64,000 nucleotides of DNA, taken from Octopus bimaculoides (taxonomy: Eukaryota). The notes beneath the pieces were generated by a model. That model saw nothing but the letters and a program-made list of their open reading frames with translations, did not search any database and had not been told where the DNA came from. The stretch covers positions 83,763,790 to 83,827,789 of the forward strand of contig NC_068986.1 in assembly GCF_001194135.2 (NCBI RefSeq), read 5' to 3'. A program made the translations under genes and the position numbers. Below, in pieces: positions 1 to 12,344 of the stretch (the first letter of the stretch is position 1; the number at the start of each line of letters is the position of its first letter).

Positions 1-1860
1 TGACCATGCATTCTTTTCTTTACCCATCTATTTTCAGTTTCATTCGTTTTCAATTTCTTGTTTAGTGCAATCTTTCATCGTACACAAGCCTGACCTTCCT
101 ACTTCTAATGTTAGTGGTTCCGTGGCATTTTTACATAGCATGCTATGTTGTTTTCTTCTGTTCTAATGCTGTGTTCACATTCAATAAGTCCTCTTCCCCC
201 TCTTTTTCTTGGTACATACAGTCTGTCTGTGTCACTTTTTGGGTGGAGTGACCCACATCTAGTTAGCAACTTCCTTGCCTTTCTGTCTAAGCTGTTTAGT
301 TCGTCTACTGTCCATGCAATTACCCCTGCTTCATATCTAAGGAGTGAAACCTCCCGGGTGTTAATGGCTTTGATCTTATTCCATCCATTTGATTTTGACT
401 TAAGGATCAGTCTCAGTCTGCGTAAGTACTGCACCTTAAATTTTTCTGTCATTTCTTTCTCCATTTATTTATCCATTTCCAAAATCCCCAAGTACTTATA
501 GCTCATCTCTTTTATCTGCTTCATAACCTCCCCTGACAGTATCGTTAGTCCATCCATACATTTGATTTTGCCTCTCTTCAATACTAACACACCACACTTT
601 CTCAGTCCGAACTCCATTCTGATATCAGCACTGAAGGTATACACTGTATCAATGAGGGAACTGACTTGGGCTTCATCTTTACCATAAAGTTTGAGGTCAT
701 CCATGAATAAGAAGTGGTTGACATTTTATTGGCAGCTTTTGAATACATACCCAGCTTTTGCTTTCCTCAGAATCAGTATCAGTGGTATCAAGCTCAGTAC
801 AAAGATCAGTGGGGACAGGCAGTCCCCTTGGAAGATGCCCCTCCTAATTTCTACTGTCCCTAAACTTCTTCTGTATGCTGTCAGGTCCGTCCTCCAATTT
901 GCCATACTTTTTCCAAGCAATCACTCAACATTTGATGCAATCCCAAACAGGTTCATACACTCCATAATCCAAGAATGTGCTGTCATATTGAATGCCTTAC
1001 GATAGTAAATCCATGACATGGCTAAGTTACTTTTCCTCCTCTTGTAGTCTCTGAGTACAGTTTTATCTATCAGGAGTTGATCCTTGGTACCTCTGCACTT
1101 ACGCTTGCAACCCTTCTGCTCATGTGGCAGGACTCCATTTTTTTCTAGATGTTCGTACATTGACTCTGCGAGTATTCCAGTCAATAACTTCCACATAAGT
1201 GGCCAACAGGATACCGGCCTGTAATTGTCTACCGCATTGCCTTTTTCGATGTTTTTCAGGCACAGCACTGCCCTACCCAATGTCAATCACTCTGGTGTTA
1301 CTTGGTCGGCATTTAACAAGGTGTTGAGTTGCGCAACTATTTGTGCATGACATTCACCATATCTTTTGATCCAGTAGCCTTGAANNNNNNNNNNNNNNNN
1401 NNNNNNNNNNNNNNNNNNNNNNNNNNNNNNNNNNNNNNNNNNNNNNNNNNNNNNNNNNNNNNNNNNNNNNNNNNNNNNNNNNNNNNNNNNNNNNNNNNNN
1501 NNNNNNNNNNNNNNNNNNNNNNNNNNNNNNNNNNNNNNNNNNNNNNNNNNNNNNNNNNNNNNNGATCTACTTTCAATTACCTATTCTGGTGGTAAACCTT
1601 CATTCTTTGGTCGTATCTTACCATCTTTGCTTTTTTTGCAATGAGGTGCTGTTTCAGTTCCTCCACTACTACTTTCAGGCCCTTTCTTTCAATATTATAC
1701 TTCCTTTTCAGCGCCCTGTATTTTTGTTTGCTTTTAAGCTCCCCTTTCTCTTTTTGGTCTAACACAGAGATTTCCTTTGAGAGTATGTCTGATCCCTGCC
1801 TGGATTCTTCTTTTCCACCATGGATCTTTTCTTTTGTCACTCCTATTGTCTCTTTTTCTT
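1..1860 (-). mobile_element. R4/Dong-clade non-LTR retrotransposon, frameshifted RT region (gap 1385-1563, 3' end outside window)
   Basis: Successive minus-strand ORFs give RT motifs in order: [96 protein letters not shown], and W-x-K-x-x-MHG at the window start. This motif set is typical of the R4/Dong clade. Confidence 0.9.
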
Positions 1861-1904
1861 GACATTGACACCCACAAAAAAAAAAAAGAAATTATTATTA
1901 TTGT

Positions 1905-2620
1905 TATTATTAAGGCTGCAAACTGGCAGAATGCTTAGTGATATTTTGTCCGTCATTACATTGAGTTCAAATTCCCGAGGTTGACATTGCCTTTCATCCT
2001 TTTGTGGTCGATAAATTAAGTACCAATGAAACACTTGGGTTGATGTCATCAACTAGTCCCCTTCCCCAAACTTTTAGGCTTTGTGCCTACAGTAGAAAGG
2101 ATCATCATCCTCCTCCTCCTCATCATCATTATTATTATTATTATTATTACTATTATTATTATTATTTATTATTTATTATTAAGGTGGTGGATTGGCTGAG
2201 TTGTTAGTTTTGGAGAAAATACCTTGCAATATTTGTTCTGGTTCTTTACATACATTGAGGCCACCTTTGCTATTCATCAATCCAACAAATACTAGTCAAG
2301 TACTAAAATCACTTTGACTATTTGCCACCCACATTGTTGGCCTTGTGCACATAATAGAAATAGTAATTATCATTAAAGAGAACACTTGACTGAGAGAATC
2401 ATTAGAGTGTCAGATAAAATGCCTTACAGTATTTCTCCTAGCTCTTTACCATTCTGAGTTCAAATACTGCCAAGTTCAACTTTGCCTTTCATCCCTCCAG
2501 AGTCAATAGAATAAAGTAGCAGTCAAGTACTGGGGTTGATATAATCAACTGTTGCCCTCTCCAAAAATTTCAGGATTTTGCATATATTAAGGAATAATTA
2601 TTATTGTTTGTAAAAAAAAA
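1905..2620 (+). mobile_element. Three head-to-tail copies of tRNA-derived SINE family A separated by (ATT)/(CAT) tracts
   Basis: Each has GGCAGAAT..TTAG (A-box-like), GAGTTCAAATT (B-box-like), GACTTTGCCTTTCATCC core and GGCCTTGTGC..AGAAA tail; units about 1911-2100, 2181-2365, 2385-2620. Confidence 0.75.
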
Positions 2621-2974
2621 AGATTATAGAGTATTGACATTTCAGTTGTCCTGTTTGATCCATTGTCCTACTTGGCATGAGTTTTGCTATTCATTTCCCT
2701 ATGGTCAATAGAATGTTTCAGCTATGTATTAGAGTTGACTGAAATGACTTCTTGTTTATTAAAAGAGTGAGTTCGCAAAAATAGTAGATTATTGAACAAA
2801 ATATTTGTTTAATTTTGACCCCTATAGTTTTAGTACTACTTGACTCACCTATATTTTTCATCCATTGTTTTGGATAAAAAATTAATACCTGTAATATACT
2901 GCAGTTGATTCGGTTAATTATACTTCTTTTCTAAGGTGATTTAGTTAAGAATAGAACAAATAGATTTAAGTATG

Positions 2975-3160
2975 TGTAGTGTATAATTTTGTCTTTGTAT
3001 ATTCTGAGTTTTGATACCACTATTGGTCATCTTTATCTTTTATCCTTTAGGCTTGGGTAAAAAACAAGTACCTGAAATATACTCATAATATAAAGTTAAT
3101 TCAGTTGATGATACCCCTTCCATTGCTATATTTGGCCTTGTGCCAAGCTAAGAAACTATT
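2975..3160 (+). mobile_element. Degenerate SINE family A copy
   Basis: TTCTGAGTTTTGATACC..CTTTTATCCTTTAGG..AAGTACC..GGCCTTGTGCCAAG..AGAAACTATT. Confidence 0.55.
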
Positions 3161-3299
3161 ATTATTTGCATATTATATTATATATTTCTTGTCTTCTTGT
3201 CTTACAGTTTTCCAGCATCAGTAAACTAAATTTAGGTTACAAACTACATGGTACCTACAATTGATTACCTCTCCTGCTTCAACATTTGGCATTGTGTCT

Positions 3300-3500
3300 A
3301 CATCATTATCATCATTGTTATCATCATAAACATCACCATAATCATTACAATCACCATCATAATTACTATCACTGTAATCACATTATCATTATTACTCCCT
3401 ACAGCTGCCACCATCTTCATCAGTTTCTTTACATCTTTTATAGTTACTTCTACTTTCTTGCCAGGTTTTGAAATCATCATCATCATCATCATTATTATTT
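3300..3500. repeat. Degenerate (CAT/ATC/ATT)n microsatellite
   Basis: Direct reading; explains the Ile/His/Met-rich ORFs at 3248-3529. Confidence 0.85.
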
Positions 3501-3789
3501 ATCTGTTCCAGTTTTGTTTTGTCTTTTGAAATGTTTCAGTTGAGTGATTTTCCTTATGTCATCATATATCTGGATTAATTTCTGTCTTGCAAAACTTTTC
3601 AGAACACATTAATTTTTTTTTTTTTTTTACTTCTTTCTCTCTTTTTTTATATTCTCTTCCATCACTTTCTTCTTCCAAATCTCTTTCTGATGAGAAATGC
3701 AAACAGTTGAAATCAATGCGGTGTTACTGACACTTTCACTAAATATAAACAGAGTAACTTGGATGTGTGTGAAGTCTTGTCGAAGTTTT

Positions 3790-4000
3790 AAGGTCAAGGA
3801 CATGAAACATCATTGTTTTCCTCATCAGTGCTTTAATAATCTGGTTGATACTAGTATACTTGTAACTTTTCTCCCTAGAATTTCAGTTCTTTGGAATTCT
3901 CTCCCTATCCCCTCCCCCAACCACCACACACACACAACTAGCAACTTGAAGTTGCTCAAGAGGAACATATTAACCATGTCAGTGTCTTTGCATGGTCTTG
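3790..4000 (+). mobile_element. 3' end of an L2/CR1/Jockey-like LINE ORF2 (decayed)
   Basis: TFLPRISVLWNSLP...NLKLLKRNI resembles the conserved SFxPRTxxLWNxLP...LxxFKxxI C-terminus. Confidence 0.55.
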
Positions 4001-4189
4001 AAAGGTGATGTGCACAGCCCTTTTCTTCAGACCAACATAAAAAAGGAAAGGAAATTTGACTGGTTCCTCATTTTCCAGTTGCAAGGTATATGTGAGACAT
4101 TTTGTGGTTCTGTTCTCCATGGAGTCTGCTAAATGCTGTCATATGGAAGTATTTAGAAAAAATGTTACTTGCCTAAGTATAGAACTAAG

Positions 4190-4370
4190 TGTTGTTATTT
4201 AGCCCAGGTCAACCACCAATTGAGCAGACATGTGATCAAAGGCTTTACAACTATAACCATCCAGTCTTTTACTGGAGTATTGGAATACATTAGTAAATAG
4301 GTCCTTTCTTTTTAAGATGGTAGGGTGTTATTTGTGGAAGACATGGCTGCTATTTCAAATAGATTGTATG
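4190..4370 (+). repeat. Unclassified interspersed repeat family B
   Basis: TTTAGCCCAGGTCA..ATTGAGCAGAC..TGATCAAAGG..TACATT..TTTAAGATGGTAGGGTGT..GGCTGCTATTTC; about 18 copies in window. Confidence 0.7.
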
Positions 4371-5195
4371 GTCTCAGTCTTTATTTTTATTTCATTGTTA
4401 GGCTTTTCTGCTTCTCTTGTTTATTACAGACTTCACAATGCACATTTAGGTATGATTTATTGCTTAAGGTGTACATGTAGTAACACTCTGCTACCACTAC
4501 TGTATGTACTTCCCACCTCCATTCTTCCACGCAGATGTCTCTAATCAAAGTCAAATTTGTTTTGTATTTGAGCAGATTCATTCTCTGTGAGTTAATTAAA
4601 ATTTAGTCTGTGTACTATAACTATACTATCGACCAACTTGTTCTCAAAAACCTGTCATTTCCGTTTTCATTAAATAGTTTGTGTTAATTGGTTTTAAATC
4701 AACAACATATTGGCTTTGACAACATTTCATCCAATAGTTTTTAAATCCTGTGAAATAAACTTTGGTCTTTGTATGTTTTCTAATTAGAATTCTGCTTTAG
4801 GTTAAAAGGATATGCTGGGGAGGTTGTTTCTACAGTTGGCAAAAGTGGTTTTTGCTGATGGGGATTATAATTACATTTTGATCAGATGACTAATTACTAA
4901 TGACAGGTGTTGACAGGCAGGATTATTGATCCTATATTTATCATACTAAATGTTCCCACAAGTTATGGTATCTTAAGCCTAGTGTTTAGATCTGGTCTTT
5001 GTTGCTTAAGCAAATGGAACAGTGATTATTTTTCTTCCCCTGGATAGTACACTGGTCTCTCATAAGTAAGATTTTCTTGGAATTTTTGATAAACTGGGTT
5101 GATCAAGTTATCTGATATTAATTATCACCCAGAAATCTATTAAAGCATTAACAACAGAAGATATGAAGTCAAAGGTTCTAATGGAGCAGCATTTT

Positions 5196-5421
5196 TTACC
5201 CTTTTGTTACCATATTTGTGTTGATGTACGCTGCCTTTGTTACAATTACTTTTAAAAAGATTGAATTTAGTAAAATTATTTGGGTCATTTTAAGTTGGTA
5301 TTTGGAACATATATTAGGATGAAATTTTGATGGAAAGTTTTTATTTTGATCATTTTAAAACTAGAAGTTCATATCATAGAACCAGGGGTGGTCTCATGTG
5401 GTTTGGTATCAAAAAGGTTTA
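5196..5421. mobile_element. piggyBac-like MITE (degenerate)
   Basis: Ends TTACCCTTTTGTTACC and GGTATCAAAAAGGTTTA are imperfect inverted repeats resembling TTAACCCTT...AAGGGTTAA. Confidence 0.45.
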
Positions 5422-6609
5422 TGTGGAACCATATTATGAATAGAATGCAAATTGCTCTTCCAAACTTGCCCAAGGCATAGTTACCAAGCTCTAGTTCTTC
5501 CTCATAAGTTTCAGTATCAAGTTAATTCAAGTTGAAGCCAATCTACCACTTCAGCTTGAATTGCAACTTTGAAACTCTGTTGGAGAAACAGCAGCAACAA
5601 CAACAACAACTGCAACAACAATAGCAACAGCAACAACAGCACAAAACCACATTACAATTTTGTAATCTGCCATTTGTAATCTGTAAGCTTCATTATTCTA
5701 CATGATTCAGTCAACCTTACTGAAAATTTATAAGACTTCACAGATGTTAGATTAGTATTGAGGTTCCTATAGCTGAATTTAGCCTCACTAATTTTTAGCA
5801 ATTTCTCATGGGGGCCTCACATTATAAGATTGCCAAAATTGGATCTCAAAGACTATGATTTCCTTTGCAAGGTATGAAAATACTTCAGCTCTGACCAACT
5901 AGCTAAGCAGCTGAAGTAATGCCCACATTAGAATACATCTCCTATCTCTAAGGCAGTGTTACTGAACTCTCATTGAAGTAGTTTCCATATTTGAGATAGT
6001 GTTATTGCTTTATATGCAAAAATATCTTACTTCATTCAAAAATGTGATTACCCAGCTGATTGACAAAAGCTCACTCACCAAATGACTATAACCACTGACC
6101 CATAAATCAACAATATCTTCTTTCTGATTCTTGTAACATAACCACAATGTCTTCAGCTTCTCTAAACTAGCAAGCTGTATACCATTTGATTCTCCTCTTG
6201 CCATGCCTTACTGTATTTCACCCACCAAACTTTGCACTAAACATGTTTTTCTTCTTCATCCTTCTACCCTAGAACTGCAGTCATCTTGAATATCTATCTT
6301 TCTAACACTTGATCTACAACCATCAACCAACAGTAGTTCAAGCTGAACATCAACTCCACTGAATTCACCAATTTGAGAGAGCTTGTATCGAACATAGGCA
6401 TTGTGCCACCTCCTCTAAAAAGAGAAAAGAAAAATGTTTAACCCTTGCCCCCAAAATTGTTCTCAGAACTATCCTATTTATGATCATTAAAAAAAGATTT
6501 AAGTTAAGATTATGTAAGAAGCATAAAATTTACCCCAGTACTATAAATTGATGAATGGTGTAAATATGAGAATAAATCAGTTAATTTATTACAGTGTATA
6601 TCTTCTCAT

Positions 6610-7225
6610 TATTGTTGTTGTTTGACTCTAGGGCATCTCTGATCATGCAGGCCTGTTATCAAAATGTTCTAGCTATGATCATCCTGTCCCTTTTTTTTCC
6701 AGATATAATTGTATCTAGGACTACATTATCTGTATGCTTTTCCATTTTTAAAACAGTAGAGTTTGATCTTGAGGAATATTTGACTGTGATGTCTAACAAA
6801 CCAAGTAGTGCCTTAGAGATTCTCTTGATAGTTTGAATGTGTGGGTGTGAAGTATCAATTGAGAGTGATGAAAATGGAGTTAGAGGTATTGTTGTTGTTG
6901 TCACTGCTACTGTTGTTGTTGTAGTCATTGCTGATTGAGCAGACCTATATTCAAAGGTATTTCAACTGTCGCCTTTCTATTTTATTATTTTTCAAACATA
7001 GTATATGTAGGACTGTGTTATATAATATCTTATCCTTTTGTGAAAACAATAGAGTGTGATCTGAAGGAGAATTGGCTGCTAGTTCTAGCAACTAGCAGCT
7101 CTGCAGAATTTCACTTGGTGGCTTGAATGTGGTAATGTTTAATGTGGGGTGTGAAAGTGTTAATGATGATTTAAGGGTGGTATTGTTTAACTCTAGATCA
7201 GTCCTGATTAAGCAAACCTATAATG
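6610..7225 (+). repeat. Cluster of family B copies (about 6610-6810, 6930-7110, 7185-7225)
   Basis: Repeated GAGCAGACCT, GACTACATTATC, GGCTGCTA.TTCTAGC motifs. Confidence 0.65.
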
Positions 7226-7233
7226 AATACTGT

Positions 7234-7261
<28 letters not shown>

Positions 7262-7265
<4 letters not shown>

Positions 7266-8400
7266 ATGAACTTATTGTATACAGTGCTCAGGTGCACTAC
7301 AACTCATCAGAAAAAGTAACCAAAGCTGAATGAACAGTACATAGAATATGTACAGGAAGTGAACAGTGAATAAGTCTGAAAAAGAAAACAAGGAAGAAGA
7401 AACAAGTGGGGTGGTGAGGCAACAGGTGCACTGTTGGCGAATTTCAGGAAGCATGGAAGTTTTGAAGGATGTAATATCTCAACAACCAACAACTAATGGA
7501 GGTAGTTTATTCAGCAATTCTGAGCATGAAAAGGTGTTTCTGAAAGTCATAGGTGCTGTGTTATTTTTCTTTTGTAAGCATGTCCGTCAGTGTTAGATGT
7601 ATGGAATTCAAAAATACCCAAGATTGTTGTTGGAAAGATGGTGGATAATCTTGTGGATGTCCTCCAAGTCAATTGCCAGACATTCAGAGTATGGTAGATA
7701 CTTGATGGCAGGTATTTGTCTGGTTGCAAGTTTCTGAACAATTTCCATGAGACTGATATGGTGAACAAGGTAGGAGTTCCACACTGATGATGCAAACTCT
7801 AAGTGTGGATGTACCATAGTCATATACTGTTTTAAATAGATAGCGGAGATCGGCTGACAAAGGTCTTACTGAATAATGCTAAGACACCCTTAGCCTTCTT
7901 GACAACTTTAGAGATGTGGTTTGTCCAATGCAGATCACTGTTGACAATAATACCCAGGTTACATTCACTAACAAACTTCTTAAGATTGGTGTTGTTGAGG
8001 AATTATGTAAAAGCTGGGTTTTTCCTCTCAAAGTGCATGGTGATGCACTTGTCCACAGCTAGCTTGAGTTGCTAGTTAGTAATCCATTGCTGCATTATGT
8101 CCAGGTTTGATTGCAGGAAAGATCTATAATGTATAGGATCTGTTCTTTTTATCTCAAGGTTCAGCTTGATGTCATCTACATATTTCAACACTGTAACTTT
8201 CTTCAAGTTGGCATATGTGCCATAAATATATGCCAAACAACAGATTCCAATTAATTATATAACAAACAATAGATCTATGTGGTACACCAGACACCATCTC
8301 ATAGAGTGAAAAATGATGTCCTGGGACCATGACGACCTCTTTTCAACCAAGAATGAGGGACTTCAACCAGTTATAGAGATCATCTTTCACACCCATTGCA
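7262..8400 (-). mobile_element. CR1-clade LINE, 5'-truncated, RT C-terminal part plus 3' UTR
   Basis: Minus strand: GVP region (8281-8300), YVDDI (8168-8185), LGIIV, HPHLEFASSVWNSYL..EIVQKLATRQIPAIKYLPYSECL, GHAYK, SFKTSMLPEIRQ; ends AATAAGTTCAT then (TA)n. Confidence 0.85.
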
Positions 8401-9879
8401 GAGAGTTTTGTCATGAGTCATTTGTGTGGTTCAGAATTGAATGTCATTTTATTTCTCCAAACAGGATTTCTAGGACAACATTATCTAAAGTCTCCATCCT
8501 TTTCTAACACAGAGGGTTATGATCCAAGGTGGGATTTGACTGCTATTTATTGTAGGTCATACAACCTACATCATTTAGCAGTGACTCCTTGTTGATTTGT
8601 AATTGTGTCTACTTTAGTGTAGATGTGGCAGAATTAAGAAAATGATGGTAAATTATTAATTTATTTGTACTTTTTGTTGTAAGTAGAGATTATGAATAGG
8701 TACATGTATAATAAATCACAGCAAAGTGGACTGAGTCAGTAAAAGTCAGTATCTTAGCTATATACACAATGTATTACTAGCAATTGTTGACTGTTAAATA
8801 AATGTTGACTCTTAAATAATTGATGAATAATTTTCTAATTTCATAATACTTCTACTCAGTTTGTTGTCATTATACAAGTCTACATATCAAGCTATGAAGA
8901 TGATTTATTTGCTTTAATTATTTATATAGTTGGATACCGTTAATTGTTTATATAGTTGAATGTCCTTTCAACCATTAACCAGTTAGTGATGAATCAGGAG
9001 TATTACCTGTGCTTTTTATTTTTAAATCAAGAAAATGGGAGCAGGCACAGAGCTAAGCACATTGACATTTGTAAGATTTGAACTTATGATTGTGTCTGAT
9101 GTCCAGCACCTTAACATCACATCTGTTATGACAACACAACATATGTGATTTTTAAATTGTTTAAATCATATTAAAGTGTTTAAATTTCTAAATTGTTTTG
9201 AAGTGTCTGTTTTAATGTACTACTGTATTTTAACTTCTTGAAATTTTGAAAATATACCATAAATTTATGTGAGTTTTAAATATTTTGAAGAGTGTTAGTG
9301 TTAAAGTTTTCACAGAATAAATAAGTGAAAGAAAACTGTTTTGTATTCATGTTTACATTAATTGTATCTCTGCTGGGTCTCTTCCTGCATTCTTACAATG
9401 AAAGTTGGGGTAATTAATTTTTATATAATAAATATTTTTACATTATTACTCTCAGGATATTAAAGGTAAAGTTGAATTAGGTAGGATTTGGCAAGAGAAT
9501 TATATAGGTATGTACTCGAGATAATGTTAAAATATATAGGTTCTGTATTTTTCCTTTTTAAAAATTGGTTTCATTTTGACTTGGTAACAAGACCATTTTA
9601 AGCGTAAGTGGTGTATTACCCTAATATATTATTTTTAGTATTTAATCAACTTGGTAGAATCCAGGTTGAGAACATACAGCAACAAAACTAAATTCTACTA
9701 TCTATACTGATTCACTCTTCCTCAGGAACATTATATCATAGTCATACTATAGCAGAAAGTACATGTCAACTCAGAACACTTATATTTCATGAAACTGAGA
9801 TTTACAGTTTAAAAGTATGGGTGGCTTTGTTTTCTAAACTGTAAAAGTACAGATTAGTGAGTAGAATTTCCAATTTGCT

Positions 9880-9925
9880 AAAATAGCAGACTTGAATGTA
9901 CTAATATCTTCAAGTCTGCTATTTT
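9880..9925. other. Perfect 17-bp inverted repeat with 12-nt loop
   Basis: AAAATAGCAGACTTGAA (9880-9896) / TTCAAGTCTGCTATTTT (9909-9925). Confidence 0.9.
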
Positions 9926-10509
9926 TATCACCAAGCTGTTTTCTTTATCTCCAACTTGATGGTCTCTTCTGAAATACATACTGATCAATGGCCACTGGAA
10001 ACTGCTTAACCCATTAATGTAAAATATTCCAAAACAAGGACACTCACAAAATTATGCAAAGCACAGTTGTTATTTTTCTATTTATACACCGTTCACATAT
10101 TAACTTTTCCTTATGAATTTGGACTATTTAAATAACCATCCTTTTATGACTTTTATATATATAATGTTTAGTTTTCTTGCTATTAAGTTGTAATTAGTTG
10201 TAAAATGGAAAATTAAACATTTTGCATTAATGGGCCAATTTAAGTTAGAAATCAAATCTTTTACTATCCCCTTCATCACTAATAACAATGTTCCAATGGA
10301 ATGGCACATTCTGAATAGAATATAAGCTGCTCCATGAAATTTGCTCAAGGTATAATCCTCAAGGCAAAATTATCTCCAGAAGTTTCAAATCTCAAGTCAG
10401 TTCAAGTTGAAGCCATTTTACCACTTCATTTTGAACTGTAAACATTAAACTTCTGTTGAAACAACCACAGCAACAATAATAACAGCAGCAAGGGAATAAG
10501 CCAAAGCAG

Positions 10510-10695
10510 TTGCGCAGTCTTTAAGAAATAGCAGCCAAATTTATTTATATCCTATCATTTTAAGCAAGAAGAACATATTGGAAAAAATAGTCCTTAGTAT
10601 ACTATGCTTGGAAATTAGACAAGTTGATCATGGTTGAACACATTTGATCTTGAGTTTGCTCAATCGGAGTTTATCTGAGGTTAAACAACAATAAT
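10510..10695 (-). repeat. Family B copy
   Basis: GAAATAGCAGCCAAAT..TTGCTCAATC..GGTTAAACAAC (reverse complement of family B). Confidence 0.65.
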
Positions 10696-11029
10696 TGCAG
10701 CAGCAGTAATATAAGCAGTAAGGAAATCTCAAAAAGTCAACAATTTTTAAATATAAATCTAAAATCTAAAAGAATCACTGAAGATCCCCAGAATCTAGAA
10801 ACTGAAAAAATTCACCACTGTTTTAAAGTCCCCCACCCCACCACAAATCGGATGATTGTATTGCTCCCTTTGTATGCTCTTAAAATTTTAGAAAATCCAT
10901 CCTTAAGTTTTTCTAAAGGCTTCTCCAGAAAATTTTTATGAATTGCAGTATGGATTTTGATCACTAAACTCAACTACCAATAACGTCAAGTGGATACTGA
11001 CCACAAAATAGCATCAAAGTGGATACTGA

Positions 11030-11143
11030 CCTGCAAGACATAGTAACCAAATCTCTTGAATCACAGTATAAATCAGAAGGACACATTGGATAATGTAGTC
11101 CTACATAAATAAGAGGGGATGGTTATGGTTGGAATGCCTTTGA
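11030..11143 (-). repeat. Family B copy abutting the Gypsy fragment
   Basis: GGACACATTGGATAATGTAGTCC..GGATGGTTATGGTTGGAATGCCTTTGA. Confidence 0.65.
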
Positions 11144-12010
11144 AATACCAATTGTGGCCTGAGATGGATAGTCTGTGGCCCATGTTACATATAGACTACG
11201 CTGGAGCAGTGGATGGCACATACTACTTATCATTGTTGATAGCTTTAACAAGTGGTTGGAAGTATGTAGGTGCTGTCAACCTACCTTGAAGGCAACAGTA
11301 AAGTTCCTGCAGTAACATTTTGCTCGATATGGTGTTGTGAACACCATAGTATTGGGCAATGGAATACAATTTACAGGATATGAGTTCAAGAAATTCTGCA
11401 AAATGCATGCAATCAAGCACGTTTACCCCGTCCTACTACCCAAGGTAAATAAGCAAGCAGAATGATTTGTAAATACTTTCAAACAAGTGCTACAAAAAAG
11501 AAGGAATGAGTTAGGAAATGATGAAGTGCTAACTAAATTCTTAAGGGTGTACAGAATAATGTCCGATCTGAATACCAGTTCAGGTGTATCACCTGTAGAG
11601 CTAATGTTCACTAAATAGATTAAATCCATCTTCAACAAATTGTTGGTAAAGGAAAAATGTATAGAGAAAACACAAAAAATTCAACTAAACATTTTGATGT
11701 TGGAGACAAAGTCCATTTCAAAGTATACAAGAATGGTAAAGAGAGTTGGCAGGATGGTGTAGTGACTAAAAGAATTGGAAACATGATGTATTTAATAAAG
11801 GGCTAACAATGGGTGCATAAACGATACCTAAATCAATTAAAAACCAGACATACAGAAGAAAGGAAGGAAATTATAATGGAAGTGTTTTACGACATGCTTG
11901 ATGTGCCAGCACTGATAGAGATTGAGCCCAGAAGGAGCAATCACAGAAAACGTAAACAGACTGAACATTTAGAAATAATTCCTAAGCAGAAAAGGTACTG
12001 AACTCCCTAG
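11143..12010 (+). mobile_element. Ty3/Gypsy (Mag/K02A2.6-like) integrase region, pseudogenised
   Basis: Manual translation: WPEMDSLWPMLHIDYAGAVDGTYYLIIVDSFNKWLEV; FARYGVVNTIVLGNGIQFTGYEFKKFC (second catalytic D lost); QAE*FVNTFK; SSGVSPVELMF; DVGDKV..WQDGVVTKRIGNMMY..HKRYLNQLK. Confidence 0.9.
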
Positions 12011-12037
12011 GGTAGCAAAATCTCAGAAAGGCAGAGA

Positions 12038-12086
12038 TGTTGGAAAGAAAATAATAATAATAATAAAATAAATTTTGTTTCCTACA
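12038..12086 (+). repeat. 49-bp mini-LTR-like unit (TGT...ACA) preceded by a purine tract
   Basis: TGTTGGAAA (12038) vs TTTCCTACA (12078-12086), 8/9 inverted match; preceded by AAAATCTCAGAAAGGCAGAGA. Confidence 0.5.
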
Positions 12087-12111
12087 GAAGTCGAAATCTC
12101 AGGAGAGATGG

Positions 12112-12344
12112 TGTGGTGAGAGTCATGACACTCTCTGCAAGAATAGACTTGACCAAACAACTATAAATACTAGTGGTCTGAGTGGAGGAGAGTAGGCGTT
12201 AATCACAGGAAGTCATAAGATGTCATTTTGGTAGTTTGTCAGAATATCGTTTGTTAGTTCATGTATAGTTTGTTGTTACCCTGCTTCGTTATATGTTTTA
12301 TTGTTACTATACGGTTACAGCGTAAAAAAAGTATCGTCATAACA
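12112..12344 (+). mobile_element. Gypsy LTR (233 bp) with upstream PPT and downstream PBS-like TGGTGA
   Basis: PPT-like AGGAGAGATGG 12101-12111; TGT start, ACA end; TATAAAT at about 12162; ATTGGTGATAC follows at 12345. Confidence 0.7.

Noticed and set aside
1-2620. The R4/Dong element as mobiliser of SINE family A
   Set aside because: On their sense strands R4 adjoins (AAT)n while SINE A sits in (ATT)n, the opposite polarity; no shared 3' end is visible
6010-6204. Possible LINE endonuclease remnant on the minus strand
   Set aside because: No diagnostic motif could be aligned with confidence
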